Positions 61,673 through 64,000 of a DNA stretch of 64,000 nt are shown here, one piece after another (position 1 is the stretch's first letter; every line of letters starts with the position of its first letter). Made by a program: the position numbers and the translations under genes. This DNA comes from Sedimentisphaerales bacterium (lineage in GTDB: Bacteria > Planctomycetota > Phycisphaerae > Sedimentisphaerales > SM23-30), in contig CAXXMR010000008.1 in the NCBI GenBank assembly GCA_963663805.2, positions 32,001-96,000 on the forward strand. Reading direction: 5' to 3'. The notes under the pieces are model-generated. The model saw only the letters and a program-made list of their open reading frames with translations. It ran no database searches and was not told the origin of the DNA.

Positions 61673-61930
61673 GGGCGGCTCTCCTGAATAAAAAGTTAAT
61701 TCGCAAGTAGATGATTATTCCGGTGATTATACCCGAATAACCCACAGGAAGTGAAAATTAGATAGGTCTTTGACTCAACCGCTCTTAATCGCCCACTCTA
61801 ATAACGTTATTATTTATTGTCCAGTATAAATTAGCGGGAGCGACAGGCGACTCCAAGAATTTTATTTCCCGAATAAATATTTGCGTGATAGAAAAAGAAA
61901 ACCTTGTGGAAATACTCATCGCTTTGATGG

Positions 61931-62500
61931 TTATTCTGCGGTGTAGGTAATTACTTCCCGACCCTGTTTGTTGATTCTGACTTTGCCGGGCGGGGTGTTG
62001 TCCGGCTTTTCGTTCAGGGTCAGTATGAACGCACGCGAGCCGTCGCCCAGTTCAGAGCCGGAAAGGTTGGCCAGGGCGGTAATTCGCAGCGGTTCGGTAT
62101 TGGTAACGCGGACCATTATTATCATGCTGAAAGTTTGGCCGACATGTACATTTTCGTATGTTCGGTTCAGGCCTTCGCGGCCTATTAATTTTGCTGTTTC
62201 GGGCAGTGCAATCGTCAGAGTCAATTTGTCTGCATCGCTCAGGGATGTGACATTGAAATAGACCAGCACGGCCTGGCCCGCTACTGGCTGGCAATAGCTT
62301 TCGGCTAGAGAGCCCTCGACCGGTACCTTGCCGGTTCCGAACGTATGGCGCTGGCAGACGACATCTTCGCAGCAGTGAGTGTTAAGACTCTTCAGTTCGC
62401 CTGGGGCGAAGGTCTCTGGATGCGAAGCTGGGCGACCATAACAGCCGCCCAGCATTAACGCCATTAAACAGAATATCAATAATTTCAATCCTGCGGACAT
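61931..62500 (-). CDS. Putative lipoprotein
   Basis: MSAGLKLLIFCLMALMLGGC lipobox. Overlaps the upstream gene's 3' end. Confidence 0.72.
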   Translation of the reverse strand: MSAGLKLLIFCLMALMLGGCYGRPASHPETFAPGELKSLNTHCCEDVVCQRHTFGTGKVPVEGSLAESYCQPVAGQAVLVYFNVTSLSDADKLTLTIALPETAKLIGREGLNRTYENVHVGQTFSMIIMVRVTNTEPLRITALANLSGSELGDGSRAFILTLNEKPDNTPPGKVRINKQGREVITYTAE

Positions 62501-63999
62501 TCGGTACCTTCAAAGTAGTAACTTGATAAACCGTGGTAATCGACGATCTTCTTCAGTCCGCTGTTATTATAGGCCGTGCGGTTTTCATATCCACTGAGGC
62601 AGCACCATGCGTCCAAGAAGTCGATGAGGTCGCCTCCGCTGGTAATGCCGCTGCCAATCATCGGGCCGGTCTTCATATAGCTCATGGCGCTGAAGACCAT
62701 TTCTGACTGGGTTACATCATCGTGATTTTCGGCATTGGTCGCATCGGCCAGGTCCCAGAGGATGGCCCCGACGATTGCTTCGGAGAGGTCACCGTAAATC
62801 GCTCCGGTGGTGCCAGCCGGTACACTGCCGCTTAGTTTTTCCAGGTCCAGCCGGACGCCCAGAGCTGAACCGCCGTTGATGGAGTCGAGGTAGAGTGAGG
62901 CTTTTTTGGCCCAGCAGCCGTAGAATGTCGCGCTGCCTTCGGACCAGGCCAGCAGGGGATGGACCCGACTGCTTGAGCTGTGTGAACCTCCGGGGCTGTC
63001 GTCACGTGAATAATAATGCTGGAAGAAATGGCCGTACTCGTGGGCCAGTACCATATCATCGTATTCATCCGAATCCGACGCTAACGAAAGTACACTTATT
63101 ACGTCCATGGAAGATTTATAGCAGGATACCTTACTGCCGCATTCACCCTGCTGGCCGTTGGTCCAGACCCAGGTCAGAGGCGGTGGAGTCTGTCCGGTCA
63201 CCTTGCGGGCTACCAATGCACAGGACACACCTACGTCAAAAATGTTGAACGCCGGACCACCTTTGAAGATGTCGGCCTCGATTACTATATCCTCAACATC
63301 AGGATTGGCTTGCTCGTCGATAACATCGGTCATGCGTACCGAATAAAGTTGATAGGCGGAGTTGACGACCGATTGCTGCACGATATTGTTTCTCTGATAG
63401 GCGGTGACCGCGACATAGTATCCCGGTTCGCCGTCGTTCTCGAAACTAATGTCGAATGTGCCGTCCTGTTTGGTGCTGCCCTGGGCCAGAACTTCGTCAT
63501 CATCCGAGCGAACAACCTCAACTGTGGCAAAGCGTATGGGCAGCATATTCACGATAGTCGAAAGGCCTTCGTTGGTCTGGGGATAATCTGCGTAAACCGC
63601 TTTGCCGCGAACCCGGGCACCGCAAGCGGTATTGAAGGTTGTGATGTTATGATAGCCTGAACCTTCTTCCTCCGCGGAAAAACTGCCGGTAAACGTTTGG
63701 GTTTCGCTGCATGAGCGAACCGTAATGGTATAGTTCACGGAAGAGTTGCCGCCGTTGGTTTCCTCGTCACAATCACCGTAATAATCGACATCTACCTGGT
63801 AAACACCCATTGGGGCGCCGTCGGCCCAGTACATATTCTCAACCCGCACCCCGTCACAAATGGAGTCATGGTCCAGCGTGATGGTTCCGTTGTGAATCTG
63901 GTCGGTGCTGTAATAGAGATGCTCCGATTCGGTCGTGTTGGATTCGAGCGGGCCGTAAAGATGTAAATCAATATCGTTTACGCTGTCCCAGGAAAGTGT
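62485..63999 (-). CDS. Zinc metalloprotease-like protein with YfaP/DUF2135-like domain (5' end outside window)
   Basis: Frame open to the window edge: TLSWDSVNDIDLHLYGP...LDHDSIC..VENMYW..GVYQVDVDYY. VLAHEYGH and WSEG.ATF zinc motifs. Confidence 0.75.
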   Translation of the reverse strand, partial: TLSWDSVNDIDLHLYGPLESNTTESEHLYYSTDQIHNGTITLDHDSICDGVRVENMYWADGAPMGVYQVDVDYYGDCDEETNGGNSSVNYTITVRSCSETQTFTGSFSAEEEGSGYHNITTFNTACGARVRGKAVYADYPQTNEGLSTIVNMLPIRFATVEVVRSDDDEVLAQGSTKQDGTFDISFENDGEPGYYVAVTAYQRNNIVQQSVVNSAYQLYSVRMTDVIDEQANPDVEDIVIEADIFKGGPAFNIFDVGVSCALVARKVTGQTPPPLTWVWTNGQQGECGSKVSCYKSSMDVISVLSLASDSDEYDDMVLAHEYGHFFQHYYSRDDSPGGSHSSSSRVHPLLAWSEGSATFYGCWAKKASLYLDSINGGSALGVRLDLEKLSGSVPAGTTGAIYGDLSEAIVGAILWDLADATNAENHDDVTQSEMVFSAMSYMKTGPMIGSGITSGGDLIDFLDAWCCLSGYENRTAYNNSGLKKIVDYHGLSSYYFEGTECPQD

Positions 64000-64000
64000 G

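Overview
A 64-kb chromosomal window, most likely from a planctomycete of the Phycisphaerae/Sedimentisphaerales type. This is inferred from an LExLExRxLL leader protein, a prepilin-type/H-X9-DG protein, a dockerin-like DLDGN..VDILDFAIMASEWL tail and an Hc1-like histone protein. Housekeeping genes include ispA-dxs-nadK, pyrF, fhs, gyrA, kdgK, tig-clpP-clpP, tRNA-Gly(GCC), fabZ, mnmA, tcdA and tatD. No integrase, IS or CRISPR array was seen. Main accessory signals: (1) an RTX/cadherin-repeat giant-protein gene followed by PilZ, GAF-HlyD and RRE-like/M50-peptidase-HlyD genes, resembling a type I-related export module with no ABC ATPase in view; (2) a four-gene radical SAM / split transketolase / B12-radical SAM operon; (3) sigma28(FliA)-like promoters with identical 16-bp spacing in front of five scattered loci (that export operon, the LExLExRxLL protein, the radical SAM-transketolase operon, fliN and cheD-cheX), suggesting a motility-linked surface-building regulon; (4) a perfect CRP box in class II geometry before fhs; (5) a degenerate MNT/HEPN-like pair; (6) alternating strand-skew domains and phased A-tract elements. 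Several genes, including mnmA, carry 1-bp frameshifts that are probably assembly errors. All family assignments come from motif recognition by eye, not from database searches.
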